Shown here: piece by piece, positions 52,515-64,000 of the stretch | Numbering within the stretch: position 1 is the first letter of the stretch | Layout: the number at the start of each line of letters is the position of its first letter | Source: Octopus vulgaris | Taxonomy: Eukaryota | Direction of reading: 5' to 3' | NCBI GenBank assembly: GCA_951406725.2 | Contig: OX597817.1 | Coordinates: 159,712,001-159,776,000, forward strand | DNA length: 64,000 bases | Made by a program: the position numbers and the translations under genes | The notes under the pieces: generated by a model | The model's database searches: none | The model's input: the letters and a program-made list of their open reading frames with translations, nothing else | Told to the model about the DNA's origin: nothing

Positions 52515-53130
52515 TGAATGATGGTGGTGATGGTGTTGACAATTGTGGTAGTTGTGGTGGTAGTGATGGTGGGGGGGTGATAGTGGTGGTGGTAGTGATT
52601 GTGGTGGTAGTGGTGGTAGTATTGGTAGCGATGGTGATGGTAGTGGTGGTGGTGGTGGTGGTGGTGGTGGTGGTGGTGGTAGTAGTTGTGGTGGTGGTGG
52701 TGGTGGTGGTGATGATCGTTGCGTTGGTGATGGTAGTGTTGGCAATGGTAGTGTTGGTAATAGTAGTGTTAGTGATGGTAGTGGTTGTGATGGTAATGAT
52801 CACCGGTGGTGAAGTTGGGGGATGAAGATTGTGGTTATAATAGTGGTGAGCTTGTTACTCTTGGCAGTAGTGGTAGTGGTGGTGGTGGTGGTGGTGGTGG
52901 TGGTAGTAGTTGTGGTGGTGGTGGTGGTGGTGGTGATGATCGTTGCGTTGGTGATGGTAGTGTTGTGGCCAGTAGGTAGTGTTGGTAATAGTAGTGTTAG
53001 TGATGGTAGTGGTTGTGATGGTAATGATCACCGGTGGTGAAGTTGGGGGATGAAGATTGTGGTTATAATAGTGGTGAGCTTGTTACTCTTGGCAGTAGTG
53101 GTAGTGGTGGTGGTGGTAGTGATGGTGGTA
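52515..53130. repeat. Compound (GGT/GAT/AGT)n region with a ~230-bp tandem duplication
   Basis: GATCACCGGTGGTGAAGTTGGGGGATGAAGATTGTGG occurs at about 52798 and 53026. Confidence 0.9.
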
Positions 53131-53400
53131 GCGTTAATGCTGGTGCATGTTTGTGTTAGTTTTCCACCACCACTACTGTCACCACTGACTTGGAAACATA
53201 AAATCCTGTAATATTTCATTATTTACTTATTATGCATCTTTTTTGAATATTTGTTTTTCTTTTATCATCATAAATTACTCACAAGCTTATCATTATCTCC
53301 TGAATTAGGACTGGGGAGATGAGGTAACTCAGGTATGTAAATGAGAGGAAGATGAGCAAGAATGGAAGTCTTCCTGGTCAAATTAATATATTACTTCAGG

Positions 53401-53645
53401 TCATCATCATCATTGTTCGACCGTGGTCGAGACAATGGAATTTACCATGCTACGCCAGACTTCACGGTCCATCATGGCATTACGGAGGTCCTGTTGCTGG
53501 ATGCCTGTATCCCTAGAAATTACATCAGGGTAGGAGAGTGTGTGCCCTCTGGTACTGCGAGTAGATGGTTTCCAGAGGAGAAGAGTAGAAATTATCTCTT
53601 TTTCAGCTCTACATCAATGTCCAGCAAACTGGACTCTCCTACCTT
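53401..53645 (-). mobile_element. LINE 3' end (RTE/RTE-X-like) with (TGA)n tail
   Basis: Minus strand reads RVQFAGH...LLLWKPS...YPDVISRDTG...AMMDREVWR. Confidence 0.8.
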
Positions 53646-53754
53646 TCACAAGTCTATAGGTGAAGGTGCATGATCTGGCAGTAGTCTATAGGTGAAGGTG
53701 CATGACCTGGCAGTTGGAGTGTTTTGATTCTTGGACAGAACAAATATTACTATT

Positions 53755-54415
53755 ATTGTGACATTTCATCTGTCTTTTCGCTCTGAGTTCAAATTCTGCC
53801 AAGGTTGACTTCGTCTTTCATCCTTTTGGGGTAGATGAAATAAGTACCAGTGAAATACTGGGGGTTGATGTAATTGACTAGTCCCCTCTCCCAAAATTTC
53901 AGGTCTTCTGCCTTTAGAAGAAAGAATTATTGTTATTATTACTGTTGTTATTAAGTTCTGAATTCAAATTCTGCCAAGGTCAACTTTGCCTTTCATCCTT
54001 TCAGGATCGATAAAATAAGTATCAGTTGAACCCTGGGGCCAATGTAATCGACTAGTCCCCTCCCCTAAAATTGCTGCCCTTGTAGCAAAATTTGAAACGA
54101 AGCAGAAGCACTTTAACACGCATGTATATGCATGACGGGAACTTCCGCCTACCAAATTCAATCACAAGGCTTTTGTCGGCCTGAGGCTATATTCCATCGA
54201 GGTTGACTTTGCCATTTTGGGATTGAGAAAATAAGTACCAGTTGCACACTGGTGTCAATGTAACCAACTTACACCCACTCCTGAAATTGCTGGCCTTGTG
54301 CCAAAATTTGAAACCAATGTTTACAGACCCTAGGGCAGCAAGCTGATAGAATCGTTAGGACACTGGGCAAAATGTTTAGCAGCATTTCATCCAACTTTAA
54401 ATTCTGAGTTTAATT
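53755..54415 (+). mobile_element. Second cluster of co-oriented SINE family C fragments
   Basis: About 4 partial copies of the family C core or head. Confidence 0.8.
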
Positions 54416-55589
54416 TCTAGTACTACTACTTTCTACAACATGCCTAGTACCTATCCTTTTAGATTATCTATCAAGTTATTTACAAAATTGGATGCATGTC
54501 ATTCCACTTAAACCAATTATAGATTTCTTTATTAGGCTGGGTGCTTTAAAAGGAGTCTCAGGGAGTTGTGTTCCTGCCTTCCTGAGCTAATTTTCCACCA
54601 TATGTTTTAAAAATCATGGTAGAGGCCTTGGTCTCCGGACCACTCGTGTCTAGAAACTGAGGTTTGGGGTGAGCAAGGGCATGCTCCCTGTAGAAAATCC
54701 AGCTCCAAAAAAGCCTCATGATAGCAAAGGAGAATGGGCACCAGCCAGTCCAAAGGTTGTAGTGGGCTGCACCTGCCTACCTCGGTTGCTATGGCATTGA
54801 GGTAAATCTAGTCATCCCTTTAAAGGGGACAAAACACTGGATGATGATGATGATTTATTAAGTCACGCAGGGCTGAACACGGAGGGGACTATACAATGTA
54901 GAATCTTTCCTTTTCAAAAACCGATCAATAGGGATAAAAATCTTTTGGGATGTGTACACAAGGAGAAAACAAAGAGTTGTTTTTACTACTGAAATTCCCA
55001 AGAGGGGGAGAAAATAAAACATTGACTAGGGAAAGAAAAACCTACAAAAAAAAATAAAAACAGTTACACCTATTATAAAAGAGATTATGATCACATTCCC
55101 AAATTGCTATTATGCATTTAACCAAACAACTTAATCTGCAATTCCTGAGTTTTTCAGCTGCTTTCTCTACATTATAATCATTCTCTATTGTTGTGTCAAT
55201 AATTAATAATACAGTATCATAATTTTTCACACTGGAAATGAAACCAAGCTCATTACATGTCATTTACTACACATATTTGTTCCCACTTAAATGTGGATGT
55301 TCTGCTATTTTTTTATTATGTTCTGTTAGAACAAATATATTCTTACTACACATATTTTACTGCACATAGTGGTTAGGGTGTTGCTCTCACAATTACAAAA
55401 TCATGAGTTCGATTCCTAGATTGGACAGTGCCTTGTGTTCTTGAGTAAAACACCTCATCTCAAATTGTTCTGTGATTACTTTGACAGCTGATGTGTGACA
55501 GACCATATACCTGTACAGGTAATGTCAATTTGATTGAAGGAGTTAGGTTATGTGCAGCCTCGCAGCACAAACAGTTGATCACTATAAAT

Positions 55590-56226
55590 CATGGGTTCTC
55601 AACCATTTTTTTAATCTAATGACCCCTTTGATTACTATTTTATTCTGGTGGACCACCATAGTCATTTGATGTTTAAAAACTAGTTTTTTAGAGACTTCTT
55701 TCAAAATTCTTATTTTGTTATTTACCCATTAACTTGTGTAGGTTGAACTATCCTTTTAGATTATCTATCAAGTTATTTACAAAACTGGATGCATGTCATT
55801 CCAGTTACACCAATTGTAGATTTCTTTATTAGGCTAGGTGCTTCAAAAGGGGTATCAGGAAGTTGTGTTCCTGCCTTCCAAGTTAGATGTTTTACCATGG
55901 GCAATGTTTATGATTAACGATGATATGTTGTAGGGAAAGGGGATCAAAATCTGAGAACTAAGATTCTGTTGTTTTATAATATTTTATTTTTCAAAAGGGT
56001 TTTAATGAAATCAGGTATTTTCAGGTTGACAATGTTTTTCTTTGGCAGCATTTGACAATATTATTATTATATCAAAGAAAGAAACCTAGCTGTTTCTAAA
56101 GCAAAATTTTTTTAAGAGCGTGCTAAAAACTATTGTGGAACTACAATCTACTATTTTGTTGTGTGAACCCTGTAAAATATTACACGGATCCTCAGGTGCC
56201 ATATGGATCCTAATTGAGAACCACGG
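55590..56226. mobile_element. hAT-type non-autonomous element
   Basis: CATGGGTTCTCAAC...ATTGAGAACCACGG ends with 8-bp TSD CTATAAAT. Confidence 0.85.
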
Positions 56227-56653
56227 CTATAAATAAATTGTCTGAGCAGGTTGTCTAGCAAGAAACTGCAGAACCATCTTTCTTGGACCAAGAGATGAAC
56301 ATCATTACTTTTCCATTACTGTTCTTGCATTTTTGTTTTATATATTAACTTGTTCTCCCCATAACTCACCCTTTTTACTGCTCTGTCTAAAGATCTTGTC
56401 TTTTTTTTTTATTGTACTTATCATTTTTTCGTATTTGTGCTTGTCTTTCATGTCCACTCATTTATACCCCTGTTGCTTATCTTACTGTCACTGCCAAATT
56501 GAACAATATTATCGATAAGGCATTGAAATTGTGATGATTTTTGATTGATAACTGATGAGGGGTTGAATGCATCTACATCCAATGTGTGTTTTGTTCCTCT
56601 ATCTTCCTCTGCCCTCCCTCTGCATACCTAAAACTGTGCCTTTAGTAGAAAGG

Positions 56654-56710
<57 letters not shown>

Positions 56711-56726
56711 AATATTATTATTATTA

Positions 56727-57042
56727 CTTCCTTCTTTCTTCAAATTTTCTTCCATTTCTCACCGAGTGTTTTCTGTACGTACACCTAGGGTAGAGAAGCT
56801 CATTGTATGCATTCCCAGATTACACATGCAAATTCACAGGTAAAATATGTATTTAAAAAAATTAATAAATAAATAAATTCATGAATGGATGTTGTTTTCA
56901 CAGCGATAATGCTCTTCTCAGTACATGAGTCGTTCCAGTTAACAGGATTTTTTCACTTCCTGTAGGGATGGTAAGCCTGGTATCATTTTCAAATAGGTTT
57001 CAGTACCTTTTTTTATCATTCCTAGAGATCCTACAATCACTA
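56727..57042 (-). mobile_element. R4/Dong-like non-LTR 3' fragment inserted in (TAA)n
   Basis: IVIVGSLGMIKKG..LKMIPG..TTHVLRRALSL; (TAT)n on both sides. Confidence 0.8.
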
Positions 57043-57111
<69 letters not shown>

Positions 57112-57438
57112 CATCATTATTATTATGAAAAGGCAACAAGAGGAGCGATTTGTAATATGTAATAAAATGCAGATTGACTTTGTTTATTGAATTGAAGAAT
57201 ATTTCGACAGTATGTTTGTCTTCTCAGGATTCAAAATGAAAAATGAAAAAATACACAAAAACAGAGAGATTAAAAAATTTTAACTGGAACATCCTGCATT
57301 TTTTTCTAGATATAAAGACATCATCAAGTTTCAATGATTCATCATCAGTTTATCTGAAATACTACTACTAATACATCAACTGTACTCACAGTCATCACTG
57401 CACTACATTCCTGTGACATTTCTTAAAGTGCATATATG

Positions 57439-57490
<52 letters not shown>

Positions 57491-57798
57491 GGCACATGGC
57501 TTAGTAGTTAGGGCATTCGGCTGACAATTGTAAGGTCGTGAGTTCAATTCCTGACAACGCATTCTCGTCCTTGAGCAAGACACTTTATTTCACGTTGCTC
57601 CAGTTCACTCAGTTGGCAAAAATGAGTTGTACCTGTATTTCAAAGGCTGGCCTTGTCACGCTGAATCTCCCTAAGAACTATGTTGGGGGTACGCCTGTCT
57701 GTGGAATACTAAGTCACTTGCACGTTAATTTCATGAGCAAGCTGTTCCGTTGATTGTATCAGCTAGGACCCTCGTTGTTGTAACCGATGGAATGCTCC
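57491..57798 (+). mobile_element. tRNA-derived SINE family B
   Basis: A-box-like TGGCTTAGTAG and B-box-like GAGTTCAATTCC. Confidence 0.85.
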
Positions 57799-57865
57799 TA
57801 CTATATCCTATATATATTTATATATGCATGTGTATAAATATATATTTTTATATATGTATGTGTTC

Positions 57866-57899
<34 letters not shown>

Positions 57900-57914
57900 G
57901 CATGTATCTATATC

Positions 57915-57961
<47 letters not shown>

Positions 57962-57982
57962 GTATGTATGCATGTATCTATA

Positions 57983-58056
<74 letters not shown>

Positions 58057-58089
58057 CATCTATCTATATCTATATATATATATATTCTT

Positions 58090-59600
58090 CTTACCTGCCT
58101 GAATGGGTATCTCAAAAATGATGCCCTATCTGAATCTCAATGTGGCTTCCGATCTGGTAGAGGGACAATGGATATGATTTTCGCAGCAAGACAGATGTAA
58201 GAGAAGCGATATGAGCAGAATATGGATCTTGTCCAGGTATTCATTGATTTAATGAAGGCCTTTGATACTGTGAATAGGGCCTTGCTATGGAAAATACTTG
58301 GCAAACTTGGATATCTGGATCACTTTGTATCTATAATTAAATCATTTCATGATGGGATGGAGGCTTGGGTCAATGTTGGTGGTGGTATGACAGGATCCAT
58401 TCTTGTAGAGAATGGTGTCAAGTAGGGTGACATCCTTGCCCCATCTCTCTTTCCTTTGTACTTTGCTGCTGCTTTTACTCATACTTTTGCTAAGGTTAGC
58501 TCTCTGGGAATATATATGTCAAGTATCTTCTGGCTGCCTCTATAATCTGCACCGATTTGCTGCCAATTCAAAAGTTTTCCAGTCTCTTATTCATGACCTC
58601 CTTTATGCAAATGTCTGTGACTTAGTCACTCATACCGTAGATGACATGCAAATACTTATGAATCGTATTTCTGCTTCTTGCAAGGCATTTGGACTCAGCA
58701 TTAGCCTGGACAAGACTGTTGTAATGTTCCAGCCTGCACCAGGAATTCCATATGTGGAACCAGCTACCTTGGTTGAAGGAACAATTCTGAAAGTGGTAAA
58801 CAAGTTTGTCTACCAAGGCAGCACTCTCAGCCATTCTTGCTTCCTGGATGATGAAATATCTTTCAGGCTGCAGAGAGCAACTGATTCCTTCCAGTTTCTT
58901 TAGTCTCGTGTCTGGTCCCAGCATGGCATCACAAAGCAAAAAAAAATTGCTGTGTACCATGCATGTGTACTGACATTACTCTTTTACTCATGTGAGTTAT
59001 GGATCCTTTACAAAAGTCATGTAAGGGTCCTTGAACACTTTCATCAGAGATGTCTCAGACACATTCTGAATGTTGGCTGGACCTTCAAAATTCCAGACCC
59101 ACAGGTCCTGAGGACAGCTGATATCTTGAATATTGAGATGATGATGCACAAGCACCAGTTACATTGGACTGAACACCTTATTAGAATAAAGGATAGCAGG
59201 ATCCCTAAGCAGATGCTATATGGGAAACTTGTAAATGGAAAGAGACCCCAGTAGAAACAAAAGCTGCGATTTAAGGACTGTGTCAAGTCCTCATTAAAGG
59301 CCTGTGATATACTGGGGACTGACTCCAGATGGAGGAGGCAGGTTAAGGAGGGTGTTGACACTTTTGAGATAGTATGTATTCTGCATGAAGAACTTAAGCG
59401 TGCTGCTCGAAAGTGCACTGCTGGTGTAATGAATGGGGAAAGCTTGGTTTGCAATGTTTGCAGTCGTGTATGCTTGTCAAGAGCAGGGCTCATTAGCCAC
59501 CAATGGAGCTGCAAATGCAAAATATAAGTTAGTCCTAGAGCCCACAATGTTCCTGAAGGTCAGCAATGGTCTTCCTCAGTCATGAGTGGATGGCCATCAT
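58090..59600 (+). mobile_element. Decayed 5'-truncated RTE RT fragment
   Basis: [41 protein letters not shown] and terminal CNVCSRVCLSRAGLISH; many stops. Confidence 0.9.
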
Positions 59601-59780
59601 ATATCTATATATATAATTGCATTTGACCCTTTGGCCGATAACTGATGCAGAGTTGGTAACCTTCTATGTTTTCTGTTTGCCTATGCATTTAGTATATGTT
59701 TGTTTGTTTATTTACTACACGTTTTTTTTTAATTATATATATAGGTATGTCATTTTCTGTTTGTTGTCTTTATTTAATCC

Positions 59781-59811
<31 letters not shown>

Positions 59812-60198
59812 CTGTGTGTGTGTGTATTTATGTATTATAATATTATGTATTAGTTGGCTGTATTGGGATCAAAGTCAAAGATTTACTAACGGGGACAGCG
59901 ATTATATGTCATCTGAGAAGATACAACTGTATCCTATTATACAGGCAAACCGTTGCGCAATTTAAATCCAGTATGTATGTGGATCTATGTTGTATAGAAG
60001 CATGTATAATGCTCATTAAATAGCTGTCTAAATGTACTCATTCTTGACTCTATCTATTCAATTTTATTTTCACTCACGATGAATGCCTAAACCTAGACTT
60101 GGAAGTATGCCGGAATACTACTGGCTATTTGGTAATTCTGAGGGTGAACAAGCTCTACTTTGTACTCTAATATGTCCCTAACGGAATACACCTTAAAT

Positions 60199-60230
<32 letters not shown>

Positions 60231-60861
60231 ACACACACACAGGTATTTATATATTTTTATATATGTATGTGAGATTGGTATGTGTAAAGGAGGTTAAAGG
60301 TGACTAAAACTAATACATGTTGAAGTAAATGTTGAAGTATCCAGTTTGACCAAGTTACTTGCTGTGTCAGGTAGAATTAGAGCTGAAAGTAACACCACAG
60401 TAATTTAGTTTTTCATTCTGGCTGTTATGGTTTATCATGTCATATTTAAAATGATGAGCTTCCAATAGAATCAGGCTCTGGAGATGCTAATTATGAACTT
60501 TCAATGTACTGCTCTTCACTTTACTTCAAATGATTCAATTATTACATAGTAAATGCCTGCAGTTTTTGAATTTATCTGTGAAAGTCTGTAGAAATTATAC
60601 TTATGCATTTGAATTCCTCATTGTCTACCATTTTTCAGGACACAAGAGACTTTATATAGACATGTGATGAGTACTTACTACTCGTGGTTGCTATTTGTTC
60701 CAACTCACACAAAGTTATACAGTAGTGAACTATTCCAAAATATTTAAGTATATCTGCAGTATATAAATACAATACTACAAAACCACTATTTTAAACTACT
60801 GTGTAGTTGCTTGAACCATTTGAAATAGCAGCTGAATATCTCTAATATCACATCCTATCAT

Positions 60862-61100
60862 TGATTGGCCATAGCACAAAGGGCCATGGAAAGATCCATG
60901 CTAGGAATATCATTGCATGAGCATATTCGAAATGAGGTAATCTGAGACTGGAGTGGAGTGAACAATGTGATTGCAGAATACTGAGAGCACAAGTTCCATT
61001 TGGCATAACATGTTACAATGTTCACAGACAGGTGGACCCTAACAATTGCTGAGTTGTATCCAAGAGATTGGAAAAGGCCACTTGGAAGGCTTCCATGATA
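60862..61100 (+). mobile_element. RTE-1-like fragment
   Basis: AQRAMERSMLGISL..IRNEVI...KRPLGR. Confidence 0.75.
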
Positions 61101-61104
61101 ATGT

Positions 61105-61745
61105 TCTTGTCTTCTTGATTTGTAATGGTATTCACCTGGGAGGGGTTAAGCTGACTCCTATTGAGTTCACTATGTCACAGGTCAAGACGGTTCATACACG
61201 TCTGTTGGCGGCTGATTCTGCAGTGTGTCGAAGCCATTCCTTGTTCCAGCAATGAACACCAAAGTCTCGAGAGCCAGAAACGAGCTCCATATCTGCTTTG
61301 ACTGTCATGAGCCACGTCTTTTGCTGCTGGCCACCTCCCTGCTTAAGGCAACCTGGGGAAGGATCTGGTGCTGCTGCCTTTTGGATGAGTTCATCATGAG
61401 GGCATCGCAACACATGACCAAGCCACAATAGTCTCCTTGTCAGAAAAGTTCCCTCAATAGGTGAGAGACCACAGCAAGTGTAAAGTTGTCAATTCAAAAT
61501 GCAGTCACAGATATACAGTCAGAGAAAGCGATGAATACAGAGGTGATCGAAAATTTCCAGCTTCTGGAGATCAGCAGCATGCATTGGCCAGGTCTCACAA
61601 CCATAGAGGAGAACCTTTTGGACAAGTGCCTGATAAATACAGTATTTTGTTGTGAGGTGGATTTCCCTCCATGACAACAAGCACCTATGGAGGCAGCAGA
61701 AGGCCAAACATCCATGATTGATCCAAATATATCAATCTCCATGAT
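61105..61745 (-). mobile_element. Decayed RTE 3' fragment
   Basis: VLLYGCETW, WLGHVLR and QKTWLMTVKADM motifs. Confidence 0.8.
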
Positions 61746-62977
61746 GATGGTAAGATGATTTAGTTAAACAATGTATGTCAAGATCGAAAAAGAAAGCAAT
61801 CAAAAAGGAATTGGAAATACAGTGTTACCAGTGATGCATAACAACATCTGATAGTCTGGTCGATACAGGTGATACAAGTATAGGTGATCATCTTATAAAA
61901 TGGGGAAGACACACTGGATAATATTGTCCTAGATGCGCTATGTCTGAAAACAAAACAAATAAGATTCTCATGGCTGAATGCTTTGATTATAGGTCTGTTT
62001 TATCAGTGATGGCTATAGCCTAAACAACTGGGAAAAAAGACACTTCCTGCCATCTTGGGAAGATAAACACAAAATGCACAAAGTTAACAATATAGTCACA
62101 ATATTGATAAGCACATTAGGGTAACGCTCTGTGTTGAGATGAGACAACCATTCGCAGTGAATTCAGATGATACAAGATATTCATTTATTGGCCAAGTCCA
62201 CTTTGGCTGTTTTAACAGATAGACAGCTACTGCATTGGCAGGATGTAGAGAATGGCTGCAGAAATGACTGAAGTGTTATGCAAGTACCATTCCAGTTAAC
62301 CATCTAATGGTCAACAGCATGACTCTGTCTAAACAGAGCAGACTAGAGTTATACAACAATAGTAGCAAATTTTGATAATTATGATTATGATTATGATTTA
62401 TCATTATCGTCCTAATCAAGAAGTTCACTGCTTTGTGGCTTCTGAGATGTAAACTGGGATTTTATCAACCCCTGGTTTGGTCAACTGGGCAAGAGGATCT
62501 ACTGCTGAAAGACCTGAAAGCCTTGAGACTCCAGAAACATCACTGATGACACATCTCAGTGAATCCTTGAGATGTACTTTGGAACTGAATTTCTCATCTC
62601 TCGTGTTCTTGTACTCCTTGCTTAACTTTCCTTTTGTAATCTATCTTCACATAATCAAGTCCATTATTTTTAATTTCCTACTTAATTTTGACCAATTTTA
62701 AAACAAATTTTAACTACATTTTGTATGTCTTTGATTTCATTTTGGCAAGAATCCAAAATGCTACAGTATAAATTGTTTAAGTTATTAGGATAGACTCTTA
62801 AATCTAAAGAAACTAGTGATAGTGTATGATGATGGCAACAAATAGTCAAATACTGAAAGTTCATTTGCCATGTTTCAAATGTTCTCTTCTGAGACTTAGG
62901 GAAATCAGAAAACAGTGTTATTATATGGGTTGGAATTGAGTAAGCACAGGAGTTAACATTTAAGGAATACTGGCATT

Positions 62978-63335
62978 CTGTCAGTTATGACAGTGAGGGT
63001 TCCAGCTGATCCAATCAGCAGAACAGCCTGCTTGTGAAATTTACATACAAGTGGCTGAGTACACCCCAGATGCACAAAACCTTAACGCAGTTGTCAGAGA
63101 CATAAACAAAACAACACCAGTTGTCAAGCTGTGGCACAGGGGGACAAACAAAAACACAAAGAAACACATGCATACACAAACATGCAGATATATGATGGGC
63201 TTCCACAGTTTCCATCTACCAAATTCACTTTGGTCAACCTGGAAGTATAGTAGAAGACACTTGTCCAAGGTGCCACACATTGAGACTCAACCTGAAACCA
63301 TGTAGTTGCAAAGTGTGTTTCTTGATCACACACAC
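62978..63335 (-). mobile_element. Adjacent SINE B 3' part and SINE A fragment
   Basis: Homology to both families. Confidence 0.7.
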
Positions 63336-64000
63336 ATACATGCATGCATGAGTGCACACACTTTCTATTCTTTATCATTCCTTTCTCACGTTTCTCATTC
63401 AGTTAAACTAGAAGCATTTCTCAGCTTGACTTGGTAACCAGTTGACTAACCTGTTATAGTCAATATAGCACTATTACACATAACTATATCATATCTTACA
63501 GAATGCTGTAACTCTTACCTCACTCTAAATTCCCGGTTCCATGACTGTAATCACCATGCACCATGCACAGTGGAGCAAGAATGATAACACTCATTAGCAT
63601 GAACTACAGCTCTGTCTTCTGTCTTTGTCACCTGTTTGCAGATGTGTCATAGGACTACTTTTGGTTTGTGTGTCACCTGGGCTACACAACAGCTGTCATG
63701 TCTATGTATCAGTAAACAGCTTTATCTGATCGCATACTCAGACTATGCCATCTTCTCAGTGTCTCATTCTACTTCTTATAAGCTCTATCTTCTGTCAGTA
63801 GTCTTATTCTACTATGAAGGGTCCACTTTACTGGCCCATAGGCTTATTCAACTTGTAATAAATTAATTCTACATTTAATAGGTTAATTCTACAAGTAGTA
63901 TTTTGTGATGGTCATTATGCCAATATTCATAACACATGCACTGGTTCAATTCTACTTCATCATCATCATCCACTTTTTAACATCCATTTACCATGCTAGC

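Noticed and set aside
53651-53714. 32-bp direct duplication (and a 19-bp one at 47863-47901)
   Set aside because: Ordinary slippage duplications at repeat junctions.

Overview
AT-rich eukaryotic, repeat-saturated window, probably intronic or intergenic. The repeat landscape (three tRNA-derived SINE families, RTE LINEs with (GAT)n tails, very large TA/TG/TATG microsatellites) resembles an octopus/coleoid cephalopod genome; this is an inference. No host gene is securely identifiable; the only candidate is a 48-nt exon at 28455-28502. Contents: a young, 5'-truncated RTE LINE (1133-4721) whose reverse transcriptase carries a complete C4HC3 PHD-type finger inserted near the C-terminal end of the RT core; many RTE fragments; a full-length decayed mariner, plus mariner and maT relics; hAT and TTAA MITEs with TSDs; a non-autonomous Helitron; a Gypsy LTR+gag relic; R4/Dong-like fragments in microsatellites; two Penelope-like (GIY-YIG) fragments. 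The most striking signal is a set of minimal type I hammerhead ribozyme motifs: three with intact cores and about six decayed. Two perfect or near-perfect fold-back palindromes sit in (TA)n tracts and carry a hammerhead motif in each arm. Almost all listed ORFs are microsatellite or antisense artefacts. Coordinates were read by eye, and boundaries of decayed repeats are approximate.
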